The notes under the pieces are model-generated. The model was not told the DNA's origin, searched no databases, and saw only the letters and a list, made by a program, of their open reading frames with translations. Position numbers and translations under genes: made by a program. DNA of 64,000 nt, taken from sequence record PQ362703.1; one strand, given 5' to 3'. This DNA is from Escherichia phage vB_EcoP_PW8. Below are positions 16,754 through 26,245 of the stretch, in pieces (the first letter of the stretch is position 1; each line of letters begins with the position of its first letter).

Positions 16754-17697
16754 TGATTAAGGCATCAGTAATTGCAGATTCCGTTCATCCAGAAACAGGA
16801 ACTCGTATCACAACATTTGAATTGGTTTATCCCCGATTCATTCACAGTGAGTTTATGACTCACCGTGTATTCAACCGTAATGCCTCAAGCAGTCGTGCAA
16901 TCCCTACTTCTAAGTTGATTGAACAGGTTCGTAATGAACCAGTGATGCCAAGTCACTGGGGTAAGAACCAGAAAGGTATGCAAGCATTTGAAGAACTTAC
17001 TCCTATGGAGATTGAAGATGCTAAGTTTATCTGGGATAACGCTGCTTCTGCTGCTGCTGTGTATGCCGAACAGTTACGTCGTGGGCAAGTACACAAGCAA
17101 ATTGTTAACCGTATTCTGGAACCATTTACACATATCCGTGTAGTGGTAACCTCAACTAGCTGGGCTAACTTCTATGGACTGCGTGACCACAAAGATGCAC
17201 AACCAGAGATTCGTGAACTGGCTCAGGCAATGCGTAAGGCACATGAAGAAAGCACACCAAGAGCACTATCATATGGTCAATGGCATATGCCGTACATTGC
17301 TCATATTGATCGTGTTGGTGCTCACAATTTCTGCAAACGCAATCGAATTACACGCGATGAGCCAAGTGTTGCAGAAGTGTATGGACTGCTTCTTAAAGTA
17401 AGTGCTGCACGTTGTGCTCGTGCTTCTTACAACAATTTCGAAGGCCGTCCTTCTACTATCGAAGAAGACCTTGGCTTATTTGCTAAGTTAGTGGAAGACC
17501 AACCTATTCATGCTTCTCCAACAGAACATCAGGCTACTCCTATGAATCTTGGTGAGAAGTACGTGAATAACATGAACCCAGTTACATGGGAACAAGGTGT
17601 TACATCCATGGATAAAGAAGGGAATCTGTACTCGGGTAACCTGCTCCACTTTATCCAATTCCGTAAGTTAATTCCTGGTGAGGCCATTACTGAATGA
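16753..17697 (+). CDS. flavin-dependent thymidylate synthase (ThyX)-like protein
   Basis: 314-aa ORF; EFMTHRVFNRNASSSRAIP resembles the ThyX RHR...S signature. Confidence 0.45.
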   Translation: MIKASVIADSVHPETGTRITTFELVYPRFIHSEFMTHRVFNRNASSSRAIPTSKLIEQVRNEPVMPSHWGKNQKGMQAFEELTPMEIEDAKFIWDNAASAAAVYAEQLRRGQVHKQIVNRILEPFTHIRVVVTSTSWANFYGLRDHKDAQPEIRELAQAMRKAHEESTPRALSYGQWHMPYIAHIDRVGAHNFCKRNRITRDEPSVAEVYGLLLKVSAARCARASYNNFEGRPSTIEEDLGLFAKLVEDQPIHASPTEHQATPMNLGEKYVNNMNPVTWEQGVTSMDKEGNLYSGNLLHFIQFRKLIPGEAITE

Positions 17698-17906
17698 AAA
17701 AACTAGCTCTGTACGCAATGCTAATTAGTGCCTTACTCACACTGACCTACGCATACAAAGTCGCCTTTGTGGTAGGAACAGATATACAGTTAATTCTAGC
17801 TAGTGTTCTGTTTTTTGTAAGTGAGATTGGTTTGTGGTGTATCTATTATTTTGCTCGTGACTATGAAGCAATTCGTGAACATGATGAAGCAAAAGAACGT
17901 ATGTGA
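17694..17906 (+). CDS. small membrane protein
   Basis: 70-aa ORF with two hydrophobic segments. Confidence 0.45.
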   Translation: MKKLALYAMLISALLTLTYAYKVAFVVGTDIQLILASVLFFVSEIGLWCIYYFARDYEAIREHDEAKERM

Positions 17907-17938
17907 CACTTCATTGAAGAAAATAGTAAGTAAACCTA

Positions 17939-17964
17939 AGACCTCCTCCGGGAGGTCTTTTTTT
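17939..17964 (+). terminator. rho-independent terminator
   Basis: AGACCTCC-TCCG-GGAGGTCT followed by TTTTTTT. Confidence 0.75.
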
Positions 17965-17993
17965 GGTTTCAATTAACTCTTTTAGGATGGTTT

Positions 17994-18206
17994 ATGCCTG
18001 CTAAATACCGTATCAAAGACACACCCGTAATGTGTGAGGGAGAGAAAGGTGACATTGTACATGCCTGTATCCAGGACGATTTCAATGCTGCTCAAATGTT
18101 AACTCAAATGACAAATACACTGCATGTATCAGTAACACTGGACCCTACTGGTGACTATCCATGCTTCCCCATTCCTGCCCATAACCTGGAGCAAATTTAT
18201 GATTAA
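17994..18206 (+). CDS. hypothetical protein
   Basis: 70-aa ORF, AGGATGG RBS. Confidence 0.45.
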   Translation: MPAKYRIKDTPVMCEGEKGDIVHACIQDDFNAAQMLTQMTNTLHVSVTLDPTGDYPCFPIPAHNLEQIYD

Positions 18207-18513
18207 CCCTGAAGTAATTCATAGTAAAACCGGTAAAGCTGTCCCACTTAGTGAGATTGCAGTAACTGGGGATATTGCTGCTTGCCCAGCAAACATTGCC
18301 TCTCTATGTATGTGCATTGCTGCACTGGCAGAGGAACGTAAGTTATGGCTGGAGCCAAGCAAGGAAATGGTTCTAGCTGGTATGGCTGAACTGAATGCAC
18401 TTCTGAAAGAAATGTATGACGAGAATGGTCAATTAGTTGAACCAACTGATGACCAAATTTCAGACGCTGTAGTATTTGTCCTTCAAGCAATGGCAGGTAA
18501 ACGTAATGGTTAA
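18199..18513 (+). CDS. hypothetical protein
   Basis: Track ORF 18151 trimmed to ATG Met17 with GGAG RBS. Confidence 0.45.
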   Translation: MINPEVIHSKTGKAVPLSEIAVTGDIAACPANIASLCMCIAALAEERKLWLEPSKEMVLAGMAELNALLKEMYDENGQLVEPTDDQISDAVVFVLQAMAGKRNG

Positions 18514-18718
18514 ATTTAAACCTGGTGATGTGTTCTATGATTCAAAAAATAAATGTCATTTTGTTTTGGAACTGGAGCTTAGAGTACTGGAATCTTTCTG
18601 TGTAAGAATGCTTACCAAAAACAATAATTTATATGGAAAACCTCTGACACTGGTAGGTTATAACCACCTAGAACTTTCACGATTCACATTAGTGGGACGC
18701 AAAGCAGTAATCAAATAA
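18506..18718 (+). CDS. hypothetical protein
   Basis: Track ORF 18476 (TTG) trimmed to ATG Met11. Confidence 0.4.
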   Translation: MVKFKPGDVFYDSKNKCHFVLELELRVLESFCVRMLTKNNNLYGKPLTLVGYNHLELSRFTLVGRKAVIK

Positions 18719-18745
18719 GCAACATTTAATCCGGAGAGTAAATAA

Positions 18746-21313
18746 ATGTTAGTTGCAGATACCAATGAAGTAGCTACCTCAGCGACACTGGGTGGCAAAG
18801 AAACAATTGCCTTTGGCATCTCCGATGACCCGGCATTCTTTCACGTATTAAGTACTTCCCTGTATAACAATCCTACCCTGGCAGTAGTCCGTGAGACTAT
18901 CTGTAACAGTTGGGATGCTCATATTGAAGCAGGTAAGACTGATACCCCTATCCGTATCACTATTGATACAGACAACTTTATTACCTTCCGTGACTACGGT
19001 AATGGTATTCCAGATGAACTCATTGGTTCCATTTATGGTGTCTATGGTGCATCTACTAAGAAAGCCAACAGTAGTGCTACTGGTGGTTTTGGTCTGGGAT
19101 GTAAATCCCCATTCGCTTATACAGATAGCTTCCAGGTTACTTCATGGAACCAGGGAAAGATGTCGGTATATAACGTAGCTAAGGCTGCGATTGAGAATGA
19201 TGGTAAGCCTGGCATTGTTCCTATCGTTACTAATATTCCTACTGAGGAATCCGGTATGGAAGTTAAATTCCAGTTAGGCAAGCATGATGTAAATACCTTT
19301 GTACATTACATCACATCAATTGTGTTCAATGGTGAGATTAAAGCTGAGCTTAGTATCCCTAAACTCGTTAAAACAGAAGCAGGTAATAGTATTCAACAAG
19401 GTGATTACACTTTACTGAATACGTTAGGTATGTCATTTGAACCTGGTTCATATGATATGTCTGATAGCTGGTATAAAGGCTATATGGGTAACAGTAACAT
19501 ATTCGTTCGTTACGGTAACGTAATGTACCCAATAGTATCTAGCCCAGCTAGTGAAGAAGCTGTAGGTCTTATCCTCAACTTTATGAACATCATTGGTGCT
19601 TCTAATTTAGTAGTTCAGGCTGCACCAGACACCCTGGCTATTGCTCCTAGTCGAGAAACTCTGTCTAACCAGAAGTTAACCGACGATGGTATTACTACTC
19701 TGTGTGTTGATTTAGTAGACCGTATGGAGAAAGAGATTAAGGCTAAAATTCCTGAAGCTATTAAGCAGGTTGAGAAATATGCCTCTGAAGCCACTACTTG
19801 CTATTGGAAATATCCACCTTTCCTGTCTGCTGTTAAAGACTCCATTGTTCAACGATATATGTCCTCTAGTTTGTGGGCTAAGCAACGTAAGCATCATATC
19901 AAGCACTGGCGTAACTTATCCAATAAGGCATTATTAGCTCGTCCTGAATATGCAGGTCTTAAGAAACTGTATGGTAAGGCTATGCGTGCTCTTAAGGATA
20001 CTCGTGAAGAAAGTACATACTCCCCATTCCATGAATTAGTATATCGTCATCTGCACTTACCCCAGCTTGCTGCTTTAAAAGCTATAGGTATTAAGTGGTC
20101 TGGCTACATAGTGAACCAGGGTAACAGTGTTGATTTGGAGAAAGGTAAACTCGCTGACTACTTTAGAATATTCCATAACTCCCACCAGAGTATTGGCATA
20201 TTCACTACCAAGAACGTTGTAGTTACCCGACGTTTATCTGACTGTGCAGACTCTTTCTCGTACTTCCCTGAGTACAACCGAGGTGACTTGGAGCGTACAG
20301 CTTTTGTTCACGTCGTTGGACCTAAGAAGGGTGCGGCAGAGGAAGCTGTAGCTAAGTTCACTGCTATGGGTTATCGGGTAATTGACCTTACTCAATACAA
20401 TGAGTGGGACAAACCAACTAACTTCCGTAGGGAACAGGCTAAGATAGCTGCTGAGAGACGAGCTAAGACAATAGCTACCAATAAAACCAAAGCAGGAGGT
20501 AAAACTAATGCTCTGATTTCATTGAATGCAGTTAATGGTACTACTATTGTACGGGATAAAAATGGTGATTGGTTATCTAAGCCTTATATTCAGAAGGAGT
20601 TTGCTGACCCAAGCCGCCATGATAAATCTGGTTTCGTTGAAGTAGAGAAGCCAAAGTACTATGTACTGGCTAATCAGGTTGGTTCAGGTAGCCCAGTAAC
20701 TGCCAGTATTGGAACCATGTGGAAATGGCATGAGTTGTCCGATGAGATGAAAGCAGAGACAGTTGTCTGCCGCAATCAAATCGAAGCTAACAAGGCCAAA
20801 CGACGGGGTGCTATCCACATTGATGATGTTCGCTTTAGGGAACTGATGTCAGTCATTACCAGTAAGGGATTCAAGAAGTATATCACTGAACACCGTATTG
20901 GTATTCTGGAATACGTAGGACTAGATGACAGAGAGTATTGGGAAATCCTAGATATTCTTGGTCTAACATTCAAACCATTACAGAATCTGATTTTTAAACC
21001 AGAGTATGAATGGGCATATGACTTTTTACGAAATCGACCACACGACAACAAAGAAAAACTTGTTGAAATGGGTTGTATTAAGTCAGTTGATGACCTAGAG
21101 CCATATATAGTGATGACTAATCCCCGTAACCATAAGTATTTCCAAATACTTAATGATTACAAAGGACTATTCAGCTATAGCTGGGCTAAAAATGACATCC
21201 TACAGACACTGGACTTAGGTAGTTTGGTCAAGCACCTTAAGAAGAATCCAGAGGATATTCCTGGGTTTAAGTGCCTCTACCGTAATCGTCTAAATAAACT
21301 GAAAGGTAACTAA
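18746..21313 (+). CDS. rIIA: rIIA-like protein with N-terminal GHKL (histidine-kinase-like) ATPase domain
   Basis: GHKL-like N box CNSWDAH, G1 box RDYGNGIP, G2 box GGFGLGCKS; T4 rIIA carries such a domain and N4-like phages encode rIIA/rIIB homologs (established knowledge). Confidence 0.5.
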   Translation: MLVADTNEVATSATLGGKETIAFGISDDPAFFHVLSTSLYNNPTLAVVRETICNSWDAHIEAGKTDTPIRITIDTDNFITFRDYGNGIPDELIGSIYGVYGASTKKANSSATGGFGLGCKSPFAYTDSFQVTSWNQGKMSVYNVAKAAIENDGKPGIVPIVTNIPTEESGMEVKFQLGKHDVNTFVHYITSIVFNGEIKAELSIPKLVKTEAGNSIQQGDYTLLNTLGMSFEPGSYDMSDSWYKGYMGNSNIFVRYGNVMYPIVSSPASEEAVGLILNFMNIIGASNLVVQAAPDTLAIAPSRETLSNQKLTDDGITTLCVDLVDRMEKEIKAKIPEAIKQVEKYASEATTCYWKYPPFLSAVKDSIVQRYMSSSLWAKQRKHHIKHWRNLSNKALLARPEYAGLKKLYGKAMRALKDTREESTYSPFHELVYRHLHLPQLAALKAIGIKWSGYIVNQGNSVDLEKGKLADYFRIFHNSHQSIGIFTTKNVVVTRRLSDCADSFSYFPEYNRGDLERTAFVHVVGPKKGAAEEAVAKFTAMGYRVIDLTQYNEWDKPTNFRREQAKIAAERRAKTIATNKTKAGGKTNALISLNAVNGTTIVRDKNGDWLSKPYIQKEFADPSRHDKSGFVEVEKPKYYVLANQVGSGSPVTASIGTMWKWHELSDEMKAETVVCRNQIEANKAKRRGAIHIDDVRFRELMSVITSKGFKKYITEHRIGILEYVGLDDREYWEILDILGLTFKPLQNLIFKPEYEWAYDFLRNRPHDNKEKLVEMGCIKSVDDLEPYIVMTNPRNHKYFQILNDYKGLFSYSWAKNDILQTLDLGSLVKHLKKNPEDIPGFKCLYRNRLNKLKGN

Positions 21314-21317
21314 TCTG

Positions 21318-23363
21318 ATGAAAATCGAATTGATTTCTATCATCGCACTGGCAGTTGACAGTCGTAACCTTACACTGTGGAAGCCTGATGGCTCCACGAT
21401 TGTATATCCCCAGAGCGACCTACGGGTTGCTCGCATTGTATCTGAAGCACAAACCAAAGGTCTGGGAACTACCAAAGACCAAGTAGAAGTAAACATTGCA
21501 CCGGAAGTAGAACTGCGTACTGAATATCTGGAAGCAGAGAAGAACACTAACGGATTCGTCCGTTTCTTCAAGGTAGCAAAAGCTAAACTCAAAGAGTTCT
21601 TCCAGGATGGTACAGGTACTCAACCTGACCGTATTATTTCTGATATTAAGCTAGGTAATCCTACTAAGACACTGGTGTCTAAAGCTATGGATACCTTCCT
21701 GGCTGTACAGGCTAATGAACCAGAAGTAACCGTATCTGACGGTTTTTATGACAGTCGTGACAATCTGATGTGGGTTACTGGCTGGAATAAGGACCATAAC
21801 CATCCTGCACTGGTTCGTTTTATCAATGACGTACTGCGTTGTGGTTATGACCATACCAACCGTACTCTTGCACAAGATTGGCCTATTGCAATTCGTGCAG
21901 TATCTGATGATGAAATGGGTGAGTTTGCTAAACAAGCTCAGCACATCAAAGGAGTACACATTGTATTTACCAGTCGTGATGAAACGCCACTACCCTATGT
22001 GGAAGTGGTTAAAACTACGAACCAGGATAAGCTGGCTGCTGCTTCTGAGAAACTAGCTGCATTAGGTGCTATCAGTACTGATGATGCTAACTTCCACACT
22101 GACGTGAAGGAAGATGAAGTGGTTGTTGCTGTTACCAACAATGGGGTTATCCCTGGAGTTGAGAATCTGCATCGTCACTTACGTCAGTCTGCAAAACTGA
22201 AAGATTACAAGGGCTTTACTAAGTTCCTTGAGCGTCTGGCTCCGGTTATTAAAGACCGTCTGCACTCAGTGGAAGACCTGATGAAGTTCATGGAAACTGC
22301 TGAACTGCCTATTGCTGATGACGGTTCAATCCTGTTCCTGAAGCGTCTGAAGTTTAAAGAAGTAAATGGTGGTAAGCGTGTATTTGTTGACTGTCACTCA
22401 GGTAATATCCGTCAATGGGTAGGCTGTAAAGTGCAGGTACGAGAAGACCTGGTAGACCCTGACCGTCGTCAGGACTGCTCTAACGGTTTGCATGTAGCAT
22501 CCATGAGCTATATCCGTAGCTTCGGTGGTAACGTAACTATCCTTGGTAAAGTAGCACCGGAAGATGTATTTGCTGTTCCTCAGTACAGCACCAATAAGAT
22601 GCGTGTATCTGCATATCATATTATTGCTGAACTGCCGGAAGAAGAACGTAATAACGTTAACAACGGTATCTACCTGTCTAAAACAGAAGTAGGTAAGAAG
22701 TTGCTTAATGATGCCATCGTTGGGAACCATAGTTCACCTACCACACTTATTATGGTTGGTGGTCATCGTGGTACTAACCTCAAATACACTAATCTCACAT
22801 CTGGTTCTGTAGAACAATTCCGTACAGTTGCTAGTAAAGAAGCACTGAACATGGAAGAGTCACTAAATGAAGCTGTAGCTGCTGAACCAGTGAAAGCTAC
22901 TGACCTTAAACCTGTTATTAAGAAGGCTCCTACTGTGAAAGAACAAATCCAGGAACTGGTCAAAGAGTTCCTCAATGCAACAACACCAGAAGATAAGTTA
23001 GCTGCTGCTGATTTACTTGTGGAAATGCGAGGCAAGGCTCGTAAGCCATGGGCTGCTTTAGGAGTTAGTTCCGATGTGGTGGATGCAATTGCTACTATTC
23101 GTAGTACTCGTATTCCTGCACCAAAAGCTAAGTCAGTGAAGAAAACTAAACCTATGCGTTCTGCTACTGCCACTAAAGTAGCTCCGTCTGGTAAACATGC
23201 TGATAATCTGCGTAGCATCCTGAACGATACGACGTACTCTGACTATCAGAAAGGCCATGCTCTGCAAGACTATAAGCGTCATGCCAAGAAGTCATTCACT
23301 GCAATGGGTCTGACTGAAGAAGAAGCTAAGTTAGCTACCAAGCTAGTTAAGGCTGCTAAGTAA
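21318..23363 (+). CDS. rIIB: rIIB-like protein (by position after rIIA-like gene)
   Basis: 681-aa ORF immediately downstream; assignment by synteny only. Confidence 0.4.
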   Translation: MKIELISIIALAVDSRNLTLWKPDGSTIVYPQSDLRVARIVSEAQTKGLGTTKDQVEVNIAPEVELRTEYLEAEKNTNGFVRFFKVAKAKLKEFFQDGTGTQPDRIISDIKLGNPTKTLVSKAMDTFLAVQANEPEVTVSDGFYDSRDNLMWVTGWNKDHNHPALVRFINDVLRCGYDHTNRTLAQDWPIAIRAVSDDEMGEFAKQAQHIKGVHIVFTSRDETPLPYVEVVKTTNQDKLAAASEKLAALGAISTDDANFHTDVKEDEVVVAVTNNGVIPGVENLHRHLRQSAKLKDYKGFTKFLERLAPVIKDRLHSVEDLMKFMETAELPIADDGSILFLKRLKFKEVNGGKRVFVDCHSGNIRQWVGCKVQVREDLVDPDRRQDCSNGLHVASMSYIRSFGGNVTILGKVAPEDVFAVPQYSTNKMRVSAYHIIAELPEEERNNVNNGIYLSKTEVGKKLLNDAIVGNHSSPTTLIMVGGHRGTNLKYTNLTSGSVEQFRTVASKEALNMEESLNEAVAAEPVKATDLKPVIKKAPTVKEQIQELVKEFLNATTPEDKLAAADLLVEMRGKARKPWAALGVSSDVVDAIATIRSTRIPAPKAKSVKKTKPMRSATATKVAPSGKHADNLRSILNDTTYSDYQKGHALQDYKRHAKKSFTAMGLTEEEAKLATKLVKAAK

Positions 23364-23378
23364 TAGCCTGTTCAAACG

Positions 23379-23409
23379 CCCTCACTTGTAATAAAGTGAG
23401 GGTAATTTT
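23379..23409 (+). terminator. rho-independent terminator
   Basis: CCCTCACTT-GTAATA-AAGTGAGGG followed by TAATTTTG. Confidence 0.55.
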
Positions 23410-23425
23410 GAGGAGGAAATGTACT

Positions 23426-23821
23426 ATGAGTAAAGTATTCAGAAGTAATCGCAAAGCAACCGATGAAGACATCATTCGTATGAATGCTGTTGGGTTATCC
23501 CTCGCAACTATCGCTAAGACGTTGGGGGTTCACCCCACTACGGTTACTTTGCGATTGCGTTCTCTAAACATTGAACCAGCCGACACACGTCGGACGTTCA
23601 TGGAAAACGTATTACGTCCTTTACCAACCCATGTGGCTGATTGGCTGTCAGAACAAGTTGGTCCTGCTTATGAGATTCGCTCATATGTAAGAGACTTGAT
23701 TCTGGAAGCATATAATAATCGCCACCTTAACCAAGAGAGTGAGCATGACAAGTTCATCCGTTTGTACGCTGGCAAATACGGAAGCCTGGTTCCGGAAAGC
23801 AGTACCAAATCCGACGAGTAA
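23426..23821 (+). CDS. HTH DNA-binding protein
   Basis: Helix-turn-helix-like LSLATIAKTLGVHPTTV; ATG Met11 with AGGAGG RBS. Confidence 0.5.
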   Translation: MSKVFRSNRKATDEDIIRMNAVGLSLATIAKTLGVHPTTVTLRLRSLNIEPADTRRTFMENVLRPLPTHVADWLSEQVGPAYEIRSYVRDLILEAYNNRHLNQESEHDKFIRLYAGKYGSLVPESSTKSDE

Positions 23822-24206
23822 AAACATTAGTACCCAGATTGGTTGCCATCTGGAAGAAGTAGTAGAAATGTTAGATGAATTGACCCCATCCTGCGAGGAT
23901 AGTATGCAAGTGTTAGCCGATGCACAGGCTGCTTTGGGTAAATTATCACTGCTGATGAAAACAAACCACATGGCTATTTTCCCAGCGAATAGCAATCGCT
24001 TAGCCTTGCTGGATTCACTGGCAGACCAGATTGTTACAGCAACTGGCGTCGGTACTTTCCTTGGGATGAATGTCCCTGGAGCATTGGCTGAGGTCAATCG
24101 CTCAAACTATTCTAAGTTTGAAGATGGAGAACCTGTCTTCAATGAGAATATGAAAGTTATGAAAGGGAAAGACTATACTCCCCCGGATTTAACGCCGTAT
24201 ATCTGA
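23739..24206 (+). CDS. hypothetical protein, possibly MazG-like NTP pyrophosphohydrolase fold (start uncertain)
   Basis: Glu-rich helix IGCHLEEVVEMLDELT; overlaps the previous gene by 83 nt in another frame; alternative start 23868. Confidence 0.35.
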   Translation: MSMTSSSVCTLANTEAWFRKAVPNPTSKNISTQIGCHLEEVVEMLDELTPSCEDSMQVLADAQAALGKLSLLMKTNHMAIFPANSNRLALLDSLADQIVTATGVGTFLGMNVPGALAEVNRSNYSKFEDGEPVFNENMKVMKGKDYTPPDLTPYI

Positions 24207-24213
24207 GGTATGT

Positions 24214-24345
24214 ATGACTGAAGATTTTCTGACATGGTTTGAAAAGACTTTTCCCGTGCATCTTTGGCCCTCTGAAGAAGAACGGGAGGAACTAAAAACC
24301 TACACCTGGCTAGCTTGGCGTGATGCCAAAAGAGTAACTACTTAA
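24214..24345 (+). CDS. possible small protein (43 aa)
   Basis: ATG ORF with GAGGT RBS lying between two longer genes, followed by a strong terminator; below track cutoff. Confidence 0.3.
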   Translation: MTEDFLTWFEKTFPVHLWPSEEEREELKTYTWLAWRDAKRVTT

Positions 24346-24349
24346 AAAC

Positions 24350-24372
24350 AACCCTCTACGGAGGGTTTTTTA
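24350..24372 (+). terminator. rho-independent terminator
   Basis: AACCCTC-TACG-GAGGGTT followed by TTTTT. Confidence 0.75.
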
Positions 24373-24384
24373 CTGGAGATTTTA

Positions 24385-25695
24385 ATGTTTTCCAAACCTA
24401 CCAAAGCCCCACTGAACAAGGGGCAAGAAGCGGTTGCGAAGGAGTTCTTCGACTTCCTGCTCGACCCTAATGCTACCGAATTCAATATTAGTGGCCCAGG
24501 GGGAACTGGCAAGACATTCCTGATGTCGCACCTCATTGATGACACTATGCCTGCATATATGGAAACTTGCTCCCTTATGGGAACCAAGCCTATGTATAAC
24601 GAGGTTGTTATGACTGCGACCACGAACAAGGCTGCTGAAGTTCTGGCTCAGGCTACTGGACGTCCAACATCTACCTATCATTCCTTCCAGGGATTGATTG
24701 TTAAGAATGACTTTAAGACTGGTGAGGCTAATGTCGTACCGTCCAAATCATTCAATATTAAGAAGAACAAAATCATCTTCGTAGACGAAGCATCCATGAT
24801 TGACCGTCAGCTGCTTAAGTATGCTCGTGAAGGTACTCACCAGTGCAAACTGGTATTCGTAGGCGATGCTTCTCAGCTTCTACCTGTTAAAGAGAATAAA
24901 TCTCCAGTATATGCAGGTAATATCCCAACACACTACCTGACTGAACAGATGCGTACCGATGCACCGGAACTCAAAGCATTGCACCAACAATTGCGTGATA
25001 CAGTGGAAGGTAAGACAGGCTTCCTGCCTATTAAGTGTATTCCAGGCATCATTGACTGGGTACAAGGAGAAGAGATGGAGAAACTGGTTCTCAGCCACTT
25101 CACTCAACCCACCAATAGTCGTATTGTTGCTTACACGAATGACCAGGTTATTAATTACAATAACTACATTCGTGAAGCCAATGGTTACGTAGGTGAGTAC
25201 TCCATCGGTGAACAGTTAGTTTCTAACTCTGCTGTTCGCTTAGGTGTGGAAGACCGTCTGTCTATCGAGCAAGACGTAAAACTCATTGACCAGGATAGCA
25301 GTACTCGCATGATTCAGGTTACAGGTGACCTGGAACTAGAAGTTCGTGATAGTACTCTGGACCTTGGTTATGGTGGTATTGTAAGTGAAGTTCCAGTACC
25401 TACTGACCCAGAATACTTCAACCGTTTGGTTAAGTGGCTAGGTAAAGAGAAGAACTGGGAACCATACTTCCGTCTTAAAGAAACCATTCCAGACCTGCGT
25501 GCTACTCATGCATGTACTGTCCATAAATCACAAGGCTCTACTTACGACACAATCTTCATTGATGCAGATGACCTCTCAAGCTGTCGCCAACCTGATATGG
25601 TTGCCCGTCTGCTTTACGTAGCTGTGTCTCGTGCCCGTAAACGAGTAGTGTTCTATGGCAATCTTGCCAGTAAGTACGGTGGCCTAACTTTCTAA
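24385..25695 (+). CDS. SF1 DNA helicase (Dda/RecD-like)
   Basis: Walker A GPGGTGKT, Walker B FVDEASM, further SF1 motifs VFVGDASQLLPV and VHKSQGSTYD. Confidence 0.8.
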   Translation: MFSKPTKAPLNKGQEAVAKEFFDFLLDPNATEFNISGPGGTGKTFLMSHLIDDTMPAYMETCSLMGTKPMYNEVVMTATTNKAAEVLAQATGRPTSTYHSFQGLIVKNDFKTGEANVVPSKSFNIKKNKIIFVDEASMIDRQLLKYAREGTHQCKLVFVGDASQLLPVKENKSPVYAGNIPTHYLTEQMRTDAPELKALHQQLRDTVEGKTGFLPIKCIPGIIDWVQGEEMEKLVLSHFTQPTNSRIVAYTNDQVINYNNYIREANGYVGEYSIGEQLVSNSAVRLGVEDRLSIEQDVKLIDQDSSTRMIQVTGDLELEVRDSTLDLGYGGIVSEVPVPTDPEYFNRLVKWLGKEKNWEPYFRLKETIPDLRATHACTVHKSQGSTYDTIFIDADDLSSCRQPDMVARLLYVAVSRARKRVVFYGNLASKYGGLTF

Positions 25696-25705
25696 GGGAG
25701 GATAT

Positions 25706-26236
25706 ATGCCTCAGATTGGTTCAGCGACTATTGGTCAAGTTGCCAATAGCAGCGAGATAGTCAAACACCTGTTCTTAGCAGAACTGGTTCGTCTTGATAG
25801 TGTGTTAAATGGTATCATTGATAAGAACGACCGTATTAATGGTATTGATGTATCGGCTGGATTCCTTTATCAAGGGGAATTCTATCAGCGTTCTAATGCT
25901 GCCAGACCTCCTACCTATGGTGAACGGTTAACACTTAATCCAGAACTTTGGCCTGCAATGGACAAGTATCTGAAAGCCTCCAGTCGTCTGATTATGGAAG
26001 TACACCTTGTGAACCAGACTGTATATCGCCTGGTTCGTGGTTGTATGTCCTATCAGGATGTACGTGATGCTTTACCTGAATGCCTGGTAGCCCAAGACCA
26101 GACTGGTAAGTACAAGGAACTGCCACGTACTCGTGAAGCAGCCTGGACACTTGCTGGTGATCCTATGGCAATAAAACAGTATGAGAAGATTCTTCCATCT
26201 ATTGAGTACTATGCAGCTTCTCATCTGATTTTCTAA
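25706..26236 (+). CDS. hypothetical protein
   Basis: 176-aa ORF with GGGAGG RBS. Confidence 0.5.
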   Translation: MPQIGSATIGQVANSSEIVKHLFLAELVRLDSVLNGIIDKNDRINGIDVSAGFLYQGEFYQRSNAARPPTYGERLTLNPELWPAMDKYLKASSRLIMEVHLVNQTVYRLVRGCMSYQDVRDALPECLVAQDQTGKYKELPRTREAAWTLAGDPMAIKQYEKILPSIEYYAASHLIF

Positions 26237-26245
26237 GGTAAAGCT

